Assembly: GCF_036321535.1 (NCBI RefSeq)
Contig: NC_087437.1
Location: 15,440,001-15,504,000, forward strand
Source: Camelus dromedarius
Lineage: Eukaryota
Direction of reading: 5' to 3'
DNA length: 64,000 nt
The notes beneath the pieces are model-generated. The model made no database searches and had not been told where the DNA came from. It worked only from the letters and a program-made list of their open reading frames with translations. Both the position numbers and the translations under genes were made by a program. Numbering within the stretch: position 1 is the stretch's first letter; each line of letters starts with the position of its first letter. Positions 13,532 to 25,168 of this stretch are shown piece after piece.

Positions 13532-14374
13532 CTGACTTTCAATTAGTGTTTGTTGAATGAATGAATGAATGAATGAATTTGGATGAACGCAGAGGGAGAG
13601 TAAAGACAGGAGGGGGCACACTGCTGTTGCTGTTAAGAGCTTGTCTCTTGAGCACACTGGAAAGCCAGGGATCTGGGCGTCAAAGGGCTCCCCAGTCTCC
13701 ACCTGTCACTTGCTTCATTTTCAATACCAGTTACCTTCTACCCAGATGCCACCTCCTCATTCACTCACAAGTGCACGTGTGCATACAACATACAAACAGA
13801 AGGGCAATTCATTCTTTAAGAGAAATGAAGAAACTGGAGAGCTTACACACTGGGCTCAGAGGTTTGTGAAATGCTTTCAGAGGAAAAGCTGGGGGAATTT
13901 GTTAATTTTGGGAAAAGCACATTTTTTTCCACTTGCACAACTCAAATAAGACTGAACACTCCCGTGGTGGAATTTTCCAAACCGTTTTCATTTCTCCAAT
14001 GGAGAAGGGGAAATTTGGACAAAGCCGAGCCTTGTTTTTAAGGGAGAAATGAGCCATATCTGTGGTGTAACTTTTGTGCACTCAGCACGAGTATGCCCTC
14101 AGGGAGGAAGATTCAAGGTGGTTGGAGGGACCAGACTAACAGGAGGGGATAACAGTGAAACACAGAGACAATGTGGCCTCAATTATGAGGCTCAGATGCT
14201 GTGTGCTGTTGGAACTCAAGAAAAGGGGCTTCATTGGGCTGATGTGGGCAGAGAGGGGTTCTGGAAATAGGTAGGTTAGAACTTCACTTTTGAGTATGAA
14301 GAATGTTTGAACAGGAGGAGGGCATCCTAGGTGAGGAGCAGCATGGGAGAAAAGGCACAGAATTTGTGTGTCAC

Positions 14375-14846
14375 TGTAACCGAGTAGGACCCTTTGTGGC
14401 CTCCCCGGGACAGATCTCTCCCCCGTATCCTCTGCTGCAGCTCCTCTCTGAAGTTCCCAGATAACAGTATCTCATGTATATTTCCTGAGCTTTTCAGGTG
14501 CTAAAAACCACCACCAAAGGGAAGAAATTAACTACTCGATCGATCGAGAGCATGTGGCCCCAAGCACTTTTGGCACCTAGGGGTTGACAGTGTTGACCAC
14601 CCTGTTACCTCCACATCAATCAGAGAATTGTGCATGAGCTGATCACGTACCTTCCGCCCTCTCCCTTATCTGGCCTTTAAATATGCTTTGCTGAAACCCT
14701 TCCGGGAGCTCCGGGTTTCCTTGAGCGTGAGCCACCCCATCCTCCTTGCTCGGCCCTGCAATAAACCTTTCTCTATGCCAGACTCTGGCGTTTCAGTTTG
14801 TTTGGCCTCATGGTGCATTGGGCTCATGGACTTGCCTTCAGTAACA
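14375..14846 (+). mobile_element. ERV1-type solo LTR
   Basis: TG...CA termini (tgtaac...gtaaca), TATA-like tttaaata at ~14676, AATAAA at 14760, degenerate 4-bp TSD tcac/ttat; no internal ERV sequence follows. Confidence 0.8.
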
Positions 14847-16244
14847 TTATGATCACAGACAGAGAAAAAGGCCTGAGTAAACGGAAGGTACGGGTACGTG
14901 GTAAAAACTCGGAAAACAGTGAGGGTCTGCGGGTGGGCCATGGCCTTCCTGAGTTTAGGGGGTGGGATTAGCGGGACAAGTCCTGGCAGAGAGATGAGGA
15001 AAGTACTGAGTTCTGGGGGTACTTAGCTCATCCCCTAGCCCTGTGATGGGCCTGTGATGGGGCCGTGATGAGGGGCTGACACGATGCCCTCTTCCTGTTC
15101 AGGAGATGCTGCTGAGAATATGAGTGGGCTTTGGATACAGCTGTTGGGGGAACAACAAAGTTCCCCCTGATTTTTGTGATCTGCTCTTCTGCTCTAAGAT
15201 GGAGGCGGGGGGACCATCAAAGGAGAGAAAAGGGCAGGTCATGCTGGAGTTTCTGAGTGACTCTGCCCCTTCCTCTCCCAGCTCCTCCCGCCTCCCTCTC
15301 CTCTCTCCTTGTCTCTTGTCTTGTTCATTTTTCTCCACTGCACTTGCAACCACATTTGCATGTTCACTTACTTGCCTTGCATATAGTCTGTTCTCCCCAC
15401 TGGAATGAAAGCTCCGTGAGGGCCGGCGTTCCCAGAGGCTACAAGAGCACCTGGCACGTGGCAGACACTCAGTATCTGTTGAATGCAAAAGGCTGTGTTA
15501 CAAAGTGATAAGCTTGGCTGATAAGGAGTTTGATTTGGTTGGGAGGATGGGGGTCACGATCTGCTACCTTGCTCACAGCCAGGGCAGCTGCATGGCATAT
15601 GCGTGTGTCTTTACCTGCAGAGAAGAGCTTGCTCTTGTGGGAACAGCCCTCACCTTAGTCAGGGTGCCAGGGCAAGTCACAGGTGACATGCTTCCCTCAG
15701 GGTCACACAGGTGTCTGCCAGCAGCCTCACTTCCCACGTCTCCGAGTTTGGCCGGGATCCCTGCACCAGCGCCCCACCACCTCCCAGCCTCCCCAGATGC
15801 CCTTAGGAGCCTCCTCTCCTTAGTTCCCTCCTGCCAGCCCTGATGGGCACCAAGACCGCCTCCGCATGAAGCCCAGCTGGAAAGGGCAGGCAGAGCTGGG
15901 GATTTCTCTTCCCCACAACCAGTCCCAGGCCCAACAAGCACCAAGGAAAAGGGTTGTTGGTGTTACAGAGACTCCATGACCTCATAAAATATGCTTCACT
16001 TTTCTGAGAAAATGAGCCATTTTTTTCCCTCTTATGTTTTCATATGGTGCCCAGAAGTCCCTGGATTTCCTGGAATTTATATGAAGAATTCCAGCTATTC
16101 CAGCCGTAGTTTTCACACACATAACTCCTGCCAACAGATGCTGGCCATCTGGGGGCAGCCATTGGGAAGGAGTGAGCTGGGCGCTCGAGCCCCAGCGATC
16201 TAGCCAGGGCTTCTCTGCTGACCCCGTGCGTGATTTTGGGCATT

Positions 16245-17790
16245 TTTAAAATACAGTTTTGTTGAGGTATCCTTGGCCTATAATAAACTACAATGTGTTA
16301 TAAATTTTGGCTTCATATACGCACCATGAAATCATTACCACCGTCAAGCTAGTAAACATATCCAATCACCCCTAAAGTTTCCTTGTGCCTTTTATAGCCA
16401 CCTCCCCACCCCAACCCCCGACCCCCGGCAACCACTGATCTGATACACCTTTTTTTGTCTGGTTTATTTCACTCAGCATAATGCCATTGAGATCATCCAG
16501 CTGTTGTGTGTCTCACTGGTTCATTTCCCTTTATTCTAGGTTGTATTCTATTATACGGATGTGCCCCACTTTGTTTATCCATGCATCTTCTAGTGCACTT
16601 TTATCTTTCTTCCCCCCAGCTTTATTACAAATAAAGCTGCTATGAACATTTGTGGCCAATGTTCGTATGAACTTGTGTTTCCTTTTCTCCTGGGTGGTCA
16701 CCTAAGAGAGGAGTGGCTGGTTAATCTGGCAGGTGTATGTCTAACTTTTAAAGAGACTGCCCAAACTGTTTTCCAAAGCAGTTGTACTATTGAACTTTCT
16801 TCCCCATAGCGTATGAGAGTATCACTTCCTCTGCATCCTCATTAACGTTGGTATGGCAGGTCTCTTTAATTTTAGCCATTCTCATTGTGATTTTCATTTG
16901 AATTTCCTTCATGACTGTTGCTGTGGAGTATCTTTTCACGAGTTTATTTGCCAACTGTATGTCTTCTTGTGAAGTGTCTATTCGAATATCCTGCCCCCTC
17001 TCCCTTTCTAAAATTGGGTTCTTTATTTTTTTGTTGTTGTTGAGTTTGAGGATTTTTTATATATTCTGGATACAAGTACTTTATCAGACATATGCTTGGC
17101 TAATGTTTTCTTCCAGTCTGTGGCTTGTCTTTTCCTGCTCTTAACAGTGTCTTTTGAAGAGCAGAAGATCGAGAGTTTGATAAAGTCAAATTTATCCACT
17201 TATTTTTTAATGGATTGTGCTTTTGGTGTTATATTTAAGAAACCAGTGACTCACACAAAATCATGAAGATTTATTCTATGTTTACACCTAGGAGTCTTCT
17301 AAGGGTTGTCTAGTTTTCGCTCTTACGTTAAAGTCCGTGTTCCATCTGGAGCTGATTTTTATTAAGGTGGAAAGAGTGACTCCAAGTCCTTTCCTCTCCC
17401 AGCTATCCCTTTTTCTCCTTCTTCGGAGTCTGCATTTGCATGTACAAATCCAATTGTCCCAGCACCATTCCAGCCTGAAAAGTCTGCCCTTTCTCCACTG
17501 CAGTACTTTTGTCCTTTGTCAAAAATCAGTTCATAAATGCATAGATTTACTTCTGGATTCCAGATTCTCTATTGTACTCCGTTGATTTATTTGTTTATCT
17601 TTGCACCAGGACTATGTTGTTTTTATTACTACAGCTTTATCATAATTTCTGAAATCAGGGGTTAGTCTCCAACTTGAGATATTATTCTAGGTTGTTTGTA
17701 CTTACATGTGAATTTTAGGATCAGCTTGTCAATTTATATTTTTTTAAAGGCCTGTCAAACTTCTGATAAGGATTGCTTTGAATCTGTAGC
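16245..17790 (-). mobile_element. L1M (L1MB/MC-like) 3' portion
   Basis: Antisense L1 3' UTR and ORF2-end motifs (ggcaaccactgatc, aaagctgctatgaacatt, tccaattgtcccagcacca). Confidence 0.85.
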
Positions 17791-18249
17791 TCTTGGATAT
17801 TTTCCTTTACTTCCTCCCTGAGCTTCAGTTTCCTCCTCTGTAATGTGGAGATGGTAATTCCTGCATTGTAAGGTAACTGGGAGGGCCATATGGCTGGTGC
17901 AGACACAGTGCCCGGAGCACAATAGAACTAAAAGATGTCAGCTATTGTATACCTTCTCCTACGACAAAATCTTGCATCTTTTACTTCTAACCTTCCCTGT
18001 AGATTTCCTTCTGTCATTTTTGGAAATTTTGCTATCACATCCTGCCGTGAATGTGGCTTTTTTTTTTTTTTTTTAGCCTGCTTTCTTTTAAATAGCCTCA
18101 AAAACAATGTATTCAGGTTCTGTTTAGTTTCAATCATTACAACAAAGTCTGGACATACATTCCAGCAATTACTCACCTGGACTTCCACAGTCAGCCTCCC
18201 GACTGAATTCTTCCTCTCTACATTTGAATCTTTCCAAAGTTATCTGAGC

Positions 18250-18680
18250 TTCAGTCTATTAGTTAGGAATATTTTCAGTTGCCAGTAACAGTGAATTTGG
18301 CTCCTGATGGCTTAGAAAAATAGAGGTTTATTTCACTTACGTAACAAAGACACCTGGAGGTAGGTGGCTGCTTGTGTTGGTTCAGATGGTTAACAATGTA
18401 ACCAGAATACTAAAGGGCTTTCTCTTCCTGATCTGCCATGCTTATCCTAATGGTTTTCACTCTTGGGTTTGTTTTCTCATGGTCACAAGATGGCTGCCAG
18501 GGCTCCAGACAACACATCACTTAAGGCAGGAAGAAGGATGTGAGAGAAGTAGAAACTTCTCAGAATACTTCCTCCCCTAGTAGACTCCTGCTTATTTTAT
18601 ATTGTCCAGAATAGGCTCACATGGCTATCCCTAGTTGTAAGGGAGTCTGGGTCTGCAGGGAATAGAATTTTTGTGGTCCA
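18250..18680. mobile_element. Old MLT1 (MaLR) LTR fragment
   Basis: Contains MLT1J/K-like motifs catggtcacaagatggctgcc and cacatggctatccctagttgtaagggag. Confidence 0.6.
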
Positions 18681-19079
18681 TCACCCAGCACAAAGCTGGG
18701 GTTCTAATAGAAGAGAAGAGTGGAGAATGGATATTAGGTAGACAGTGTCTCTTACACTCAGTTCTCTTACCTGAAAATGGAGATGATAATAAGGTTGCTG
18801 TGGGATTAGAGGAGGCGATACGTACACGGTGCTTAGCACCATGCCTCGCCCATGTCAAGTGCTCATTCAATGGTGTATATTATTTTTATTACAATTAGTA
18901 TCACCCTTGACAAGGTCCAAAGCATTCCTTCATTGCTCATAACGCCCATTTGGTTCCCAATTAAGCCCTCCCTCTGGGCATGAAATCTTTCCCATGCCCC
19001 ATACTCTTTTCCTGATTACAGGCATTGTGGCAGCAGGTGCCGGAGATCACTCAGTGTGTTCTAGGCGGTGGTGTTGCCA

Positions 19080-20520
19080 CAGAGAACAAGGCAGACTCAG
19101 CTCTGGCCGTCGTGGGAAACAGGTCCTGAAAAACAAATAAACAAACAGGGGTGATTACAGTTAGTGATGAGTGGTGAGTGGCACTCAGGAAACAAACAGG
19201 GCGGGCAGCTGGAGGGCTTGGAGGAAGCTTCTTGGTAAGGCGGCCTGGGAAGTCCTCTCGGAGGACCCTGTTTGAACTGAGACTTCAAGGATGAGCCAGA
19301 GCCTCCATGGGGACGTACTCTAGGCCAAGCAAACAGCAACAGCAAAGTTCTAGAGATAGGAAAGGGCTGGTGAACTTGAACAGACTAGAAGGAATTCAGA
19401 CTGCCCAGAGCTTCATAAGAATGGAGGAAGAGAAGGTGCAAGGTACTGCAGGTGAGCGCCAGCAGAGGAAGGCTTTGTCAGCCATGGTCAGGAGTATACA
19501 GTTCATTTGAAGTGCCATGTAGAGCCACTGAGAAGTGTTTAGCATGGGAGAGAAGCCATCTGATGTAAATTTCCGGATGTCAACTCTGGCTGTTCATTCA
19601 TTCACCCTTTCCCTCAAGTGCGATTCGTTGAGTGCAAGGCAATAGAACAGAGCAGGGAACAAAGCACAAAGAATCCCTGCCCTGGTGGGTAACCTACTAT
19701 CCCAGTCTTCCGGCAATTTCCTGGGACATGGTCATTTCAATGCTAAGATCAGGACAGTCCCAGGAAAACTAGGATGGTCATCATACACAGAGCGTACATC
19801 ATCCCCACTAGAGATGAAAAATAAGCAAACAAATGAGTAAACTGTATCTTTGGTTTGATGATGATAAGGTAGGGAATCTGAAAGTTTGAATGAGGGGTGA
19901 AGTTTTGGAGAGGGTGGAGTTCATGGGGAGTTTTCCTGGGAAGGTGAACAAGAGCACTAGCAGTGTAGGAGTTTTGGGGAACAGCATTCCAGGTAGAGGG
20001 AACAGCAAGTGCAAAGGCCCTAAGGCCATTGTGTGCTTGGCAGTGTTTGCGGAGCAGTAAGGAGGGCAGTGTGGCTGGAGCAGAATGTGTGAGGGCCAGA
20101 GTATTAGGACTGACGTCAGAGACGTTGGGGAGTGAGGGCAGGATATGTAGAGCTTTGTAGACCATTACAAACACTTTGCTTTTCTGAGATGAGAGCCGTC
20201 AGAGGTTAGGGGCAGAGAGCTACACGATCTGATCTATAGTGTATCAGTATCTCTCTGGTTGCTGTGTTGAGGGAAGACTGAATGGGGCAAAGGCAGAACA
20301 GGAAGAACCATTGTGAAGCTATGGCGGTCATCCAGGTGAGGGATGCTGGGGGTGTGAACCAGGGAGAGAGGCATGTTTTGGAGGCAGCATCATGCTGATG
20401 GGTTAAATGTGGTGAAGTGGGGGTAAGGGAGAAAGTCGGTGAAAGGTGATCCTCTCCCTCTTGTTTGAACAAGAAGGTAGAAGAAAGGAACACTGCTGAA
20501 GTCAAGTTTGGGTTAGGGGC
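19080..20520 (-). mobile_element. L2 LINE fragments
   Basis: L2 antisense motifs cattccaggtagagggaacagcaagtgcaaaggccctaagg and ctctggttgctgtgttgag, plus (ttca)n at ~19592. Confidence 0.75.
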
Positions 20521-20527
20521 AGGGAAC

Positions 20528-21159
20528 TGTGGACAAAAATATTGTCAGCCATATGAGTAAACAAAGGATGCTGTGGCCATCAAGTCATCGCCACTACCAG
20601 CCCCGACAGTGAGCAGAGGGAACTCAGGATGCAGACAAGCAGGCAGCCCAGCCTCTGCAGTCATCACCAGTGGTGCATCCTGAGAGATCTCAGGATGTGA
20701 AAGGACAGGATGCTGGCCCTAGATAGCTAAGGTGCATGTCAAAGGAATGATTTCAATAAGCCCAGACCTTTGCACCTTCCCATACATAGAAAAGCGCTAA
20801 ATTCCTTAACTGGAGCTATCTGATTTTCTTTAATTAACAGTAATCTTTTTCTAAACTTTATTTCTATTTATTTATTCTTTAGTGGAGGTACTGGGGATTG
20901 AGCCCAGGACCTTGTGCATGCTAAGCAGGCACTCTATCACTGAGCTATAGCCTCCCCCTCCCCCTAATTAACAGTAATCTTTGATGTTCTGACTACCTGG
21001 TCTTTGTTGCAAAAATTCATATATCCTGGCTTCTACCTTGCCACTTTGAAGCAGTCCCCCGGAGCATTCTGAGAGGCTGTCATCCAGGCTTAAGTCCTCA
21101 GAAATGTCTGCTGAATAAAACATAACTCTCAACTTTTACGCATTTTATTTAAGTCGACA
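20528..21159 (+). mobile_element. ERV1-type solo LTR with a nested SINE
   Basis: Inverted termini tgtggac...gtcgaca, perfect 4-bp TSD gaac (20524-20527 and 21160-21163), AATAAA at ~21114. Confidence 0.85.
20849..20964 (-). mobile_element. tRNA-Ala-derived SINE (Vic-1 type, short-tail variant)
   Basis: A/B boxes on the minus strand; 18-bp TSD taattaacagtaatcttt at 20831-20848 and 20965-20982. Confidence 0.92.
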
Positions 21160-21349
21160 GAACCCAGAGTCCTGTTTGGAGAGTGTGTGAGATCTGTGAT
21201 GGATATACTTGGGAGAGAGGGGTTGTGGGAACTCAGGGGGGTTTGGAACTTAGGCGACGGCTCTGGACGGGAATGTAAGTTAAGGAATCCTTAGCAAATG
21301 TGTGGTATTTAAGGCTGTGAGGACGGGTGTCCTTTAGGAAGGGAATGTG

Positions 21350-21725
21350 GAAAGGAGAGACTGAACTATTGCTCCCAATTCTTTGCTCCATGGTAATACG
21401 TACCGTTGCCACTATTTCATGGTGAATATTATCCTCCCTTCCTTTGGATTGGGCCAATATTTTGGCCAATAAGATGTTAGCAGTATATGTTTTTGTATTT
21501 TGGTTGGGACCCCATGCTTCTGTTATTGCCAGAAGAATATACTCTAAGGAGTTGGACCCTTCAGTCTAGCCTCAGGATAAGATATGTGGAACAGAACTGC
21601 CCAGCCACTCCACAGTTCACAACCTCAAGCAGAGCTGCAGCTGGCCTGCAAGTGCTGAGGAAGAAAGGCTTATTGTCATAAATATTTTGCGGTTGCTTGT
21701 TATGCAGCAAAACCTGACTGACACA
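21350..21725 (+). mobile_element. Old MLT1 (MaLR) LTR
   Basis: MaLR 3' end ggttgcttgttatgcagcaaaacctgactgacaca. Confidence 0.6.
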
Positions 21726-22215
21726 CCTCCCTCCAGCCATTTTTAATTAACTCCAGCTCTCCTCCACATTGGAACAGCCAGTAAACTCCCAGCTGCCAAA
21801 TCTTTCCTTTTCTCATCCAAGAGCTTCAAATCCGATCCCTTCGGACTTTGCACAACAAGGGCAGGGGAATGAGAACAGTGCTTTGTAGCTAACAGCGATA
21901 ACCTGCCAGCACACAGCACTCCAGCGGGCCTGGAACGCTTTTGACACATTCTCACTTGTTCTAACAACCCCGTGCGGCAGCTGTTCTTCCCATCGTCTTA
22001 CTGAGGAGGCAGCCAAGGTTCAGAGAGGAGAGCCTTGCACTGGGTCCCACAGCAGGAGGCAAGACGGGAGCCCAGCAGCTGGGATGGAAGCCTAGGCATT
22101 CCTGGGGCCAAGCAGAAGCCAAACACTGGCATTCTGGGGTCAGAGTGGAGGGGAGACAAGCTTTTCACGGAACAATCATTTGTTCCTTTTGAAGTCTGTA
22201 CCATGTGCATGCAAC

Positions 22216-22219
<4 letters not shown>

Positions 22220-22250
<31 letters not shown>
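22220..22250. repeat. (CA)n microsatellite
   Basis: Direct reading of the sequence. Confidence 0.95.
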
Positions 22251-22252
<2 letters not shown>

Positions 22253-22430
22253 GGCCAGGAATAATCAGCAATATTAACACACTTTAAGAAATATTCCATC
22301 TGTAAGTTGATGGAGATAGGAATGGGGATTGAGGATTCAGTCTTCTCCAACGGAGGAGACCTGAGGTACAGTAGCCCAGCAAGACCTCTCTACTCCAAGT
22401 TCGGAATCTACCCCATCAGGCCTTCTTTTG

Positions 22431-23035
22431 TGAGACCGGAGGGAAGGGGGCAGGGCACAACCATTAAAAGAACAATACAGCAATTGAGGATATGAGGTAA
22501 ACTTGTTAGACCCAAGATGGCGGAAGAGTTGACTCCCAGTAGAACTTGAACTTCATTATATGCTCATTGTAATACAACAGCATGCTCAATGACACTCCCA
22601 CGGGTGCCATGACACTTCCGAGGCTGACCATAAAAGGTTAAAAAGTGGGCAGTGGCTCCAGAAAATCCCAGCCCCTTCCCCAAAATAGCTGGAATAATCC
22701 TCCCATTTGTTAGCAGATGAAATTACTGAGCCCACAAAAACAACCCCACCCCCAGGGGCCTCTCGACTTTGGGATGGTCCGCATTCTGCCTAAGGAATGT
22801 ATATCTCCTCAGCTGCTCTTACTTTCCAAGACGACCCCATCTCCAGGGCCCTCTCTTGCCTTCTGAGACCACCCGCACTCTGCCTGTGGAGTGTGTGTCT
22901 CCCCGAGTAAACCTGCTTTCACTTTACCATGGCTTGCTCTTGAATTCCTTGATGCACAAGCCAAGGACCCTCATTTGGTGAGGCGTATCCCAGGGACTTT
23001 CCTAAGACCTTGGGTGTGACCATTTTCCTGCAACA
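22431..23035 (+). mobile_element. MER41-like ERV1 solo LTR
   Basis: Blocks colinear with the MER41 consensus (ccaagatggcg; cattatatgctcattgtaat...gacactcccac...gccatgaca; gaataatcc; aaacctgctttcactttac; ccaaggaccctc); TG...CA termini; TSD tttg/ttcg. Confidence 0.82.
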
Positions 23036-23899
23036 TTCGAATGGAGAATTATGACCTGGAAGCCCTGAAAGTTCTAGAGGAGGAGAGCACAACTCTGCAT
23101 GGGATTCTGCCCTGCCTTGTGCGAGCATGCTTCCTGGCGATTTGGAACTTCTGGGGTGCCAGCCCTCCCCTTTCCTGGCTGCAGGGCCTCCTGGTGAGGC
23201 CCTACCTCAGAGATCAGCCCTAAGTCTCCCCCTCTTGAGCCCTGACACCCCTCTTTGCATGATATGCCTCCTAGTAATAGCAGTCCAAGTTGAGAGTCAG
23301 TGCCTTTTGTTAAATTCAAAGAGACAAAGTGCACATCTGTCCTCAGTTCCCCCTGTCTCTTAGCCTTTGGTTTCCCATCTAGGAAAAGAGGTAAGGTGCT
23401 TGTGATGTGTTGGGGAGCAGGGAGTGGAGTTGTGGGGGCGAGTACCTCAAGCTGGGGCTGGGGAGGTGCCTAGGAGGGACGGTGGGTGATTAGAATCTTT
23501 GGGGGACTAGATGGTAGTTAAAAAGGTGAGCTCATGTTGGTCATCCTTTGTTTTTGTTTGTTTGTCTGTTTTGATTTGGGTCGATATATATCAAAGTATT
23601 TGAAACGTCCATTAACTTAAAGGAAGATGTGAGATATTAAACAAATGTGGGTGAAGAAGACTGCTGGGGCAGCAGGCTGGCTGGTGGGACATGAAAGGGG
23701 GCATTTGCAGTTGCAGAAAAGAGAAATATTTCTCTCAAGCCAGCATCCCAAGAGGCCCGACAACTGGGATAAACTCAGAGATCAGACTGGCTGACAAAAC
23801 CTCCATCTGCATTTGAAACAGGCCCCCCGGGGACTCTTAAGGGAGGCTTGCAGTGGGATCTGTTGGCTGCTGGGTTCCTCCAGTCCAGATAACATCCCA

Positions 23900-24950
23900 G
23901 AAAACCCAAGCAGAAAGCTCCGGCTCAGATGGCGAGCTCTGGGTGTCTAGGTGCAGGAGGGGCCCCCAGAGAAACCCGGGGCCCAAAGCTGGAATTGGGG
24001 CGCGGGGTGGAGGGCGGTGCGGGCGGATATCCCCGGGCTTTGCTATTTTGCTCAAGGTCACCTCTAAACGGGATTGGGAATAAACCCTCCTTGTTTGCCT
24101 CTCGCCCGGGCTAAGCCCCGGGTCCCCTTGGGTGTCGTCCAGGACGCCAGGCGCGGCCGCTTACAATGGCTTTCAGACGACAGATGGCGCGCGGGGCGGG
24201 GAGGAGAGGGCGCAGGCAGGTGCGCGGGGATATGCGTCGCCGCCGAGCCGGCCGCCCGGCTGCGCTCTCAGTAGATCGCAGCCCGCCGGCTGCAGGCGGC
24301 GACTGCCCCGCCCCGCGAACAATAACTGAATTCTTCCAGCACCCCGACCCCTACCCCCACCTCCGGGGCTTGGCCACGCGCCAGCTGGACTCGTCCGTCC
24401 CCGTGCGCCCGGCGCCCGCTGTGGGCCGGCGTGCGGGGCCAGATCCGCGTGTGCGCTGGGGTGCGCTTGCACACGTACACACATGCACACTTGCTCACGC
24501 GGAGCTTTGGGCCAGTGAGTGCTTGCAAAGGTCGCAGGTGTGGCAATCCCAGCGACCAGAGCACAATGGCTTTCCTACTAGCACAGGAGCCGACTTCAGA
24601 GAGAAATGGCGTTTAGTTTTGAGCGACAAGCTCAGTATCAGAAACCACGCGGCTGGGAGTCTCAGACAGGGCTGCGACACAGAGGGCCCTGAATCGGAGT
24701 TGAGTGGCCTGCAGCCTGGTCCTGGTTCCACTATGTGGTTCGGGGGATGCAAATCGTGGGGTCGCTGAGCACCTTTTCAGGATTGCTGGCTTCGCCTCTC
24801 CTTCCCTTCTAGCCGGCAGGTCCTGGCAACTACTGTTGTAGGCTCCGTCCCCTCCCAGGGCTTCGTGCTTCTTCCTTAGCAAAGGGTATCTGAACCCGGC
24901 GAGGCAGGTGACCCACAGCGGCCCTTTCCCTAGCCTTGAAGCTTTCCTGC
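23900..24950. promoter_or_regulatory. CpG island (candidate promoter/enhancer)
   Basis: Sharp rise in GC and CpG density compared with the rest of the window; NotI site at 24153-24160; GC boxes (ggggcgggg at ~24193, ccccgcccc at ~24306); not repeat-derived. Confidence 0.85.
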
Positions 24951-25110
24951 CGGAGGACACTGTGTGAGCTAAGTGGAGTGTCTAGTCCTTAGGGGGAGTT
25001 GCCTTCATCGTCAGGGGACACAGCTATTGCAGATGGAGGAAGGACCCAGCACAGGACCCTTTGTTGTTGAAGAGCTCCTGGCAGCCAGGTAACCTGTGGT
25101 TGCAAAGTTT

Positions 25111-25114
<4 letters not shown>

Positions 25115-25166
<52 letters not shown>
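25115..25166. repeat. (GT)26 microsatellite
   Basis: Perfect 52-bp GT run. Confidence 0.97.

Positions 25167-25168
<2 letters not shown>

Noticed and set aside
22975..23340. Possible ERV primer-binding site and internal region after the MER41-like LTR
   Set aside because: The LTR ends at 23035 with a TSD-like flank and no TGG-initiated PBS follows, so it is a solo LTR.
24166..24768. 200-aa ORF in the CpG island
   Set aside because: Arg/Ala/Gly/Pro-rich translation typical of GC-rich DNA that is poor in stop codons; overlapping ORFs in several frames; no recognisable domain.
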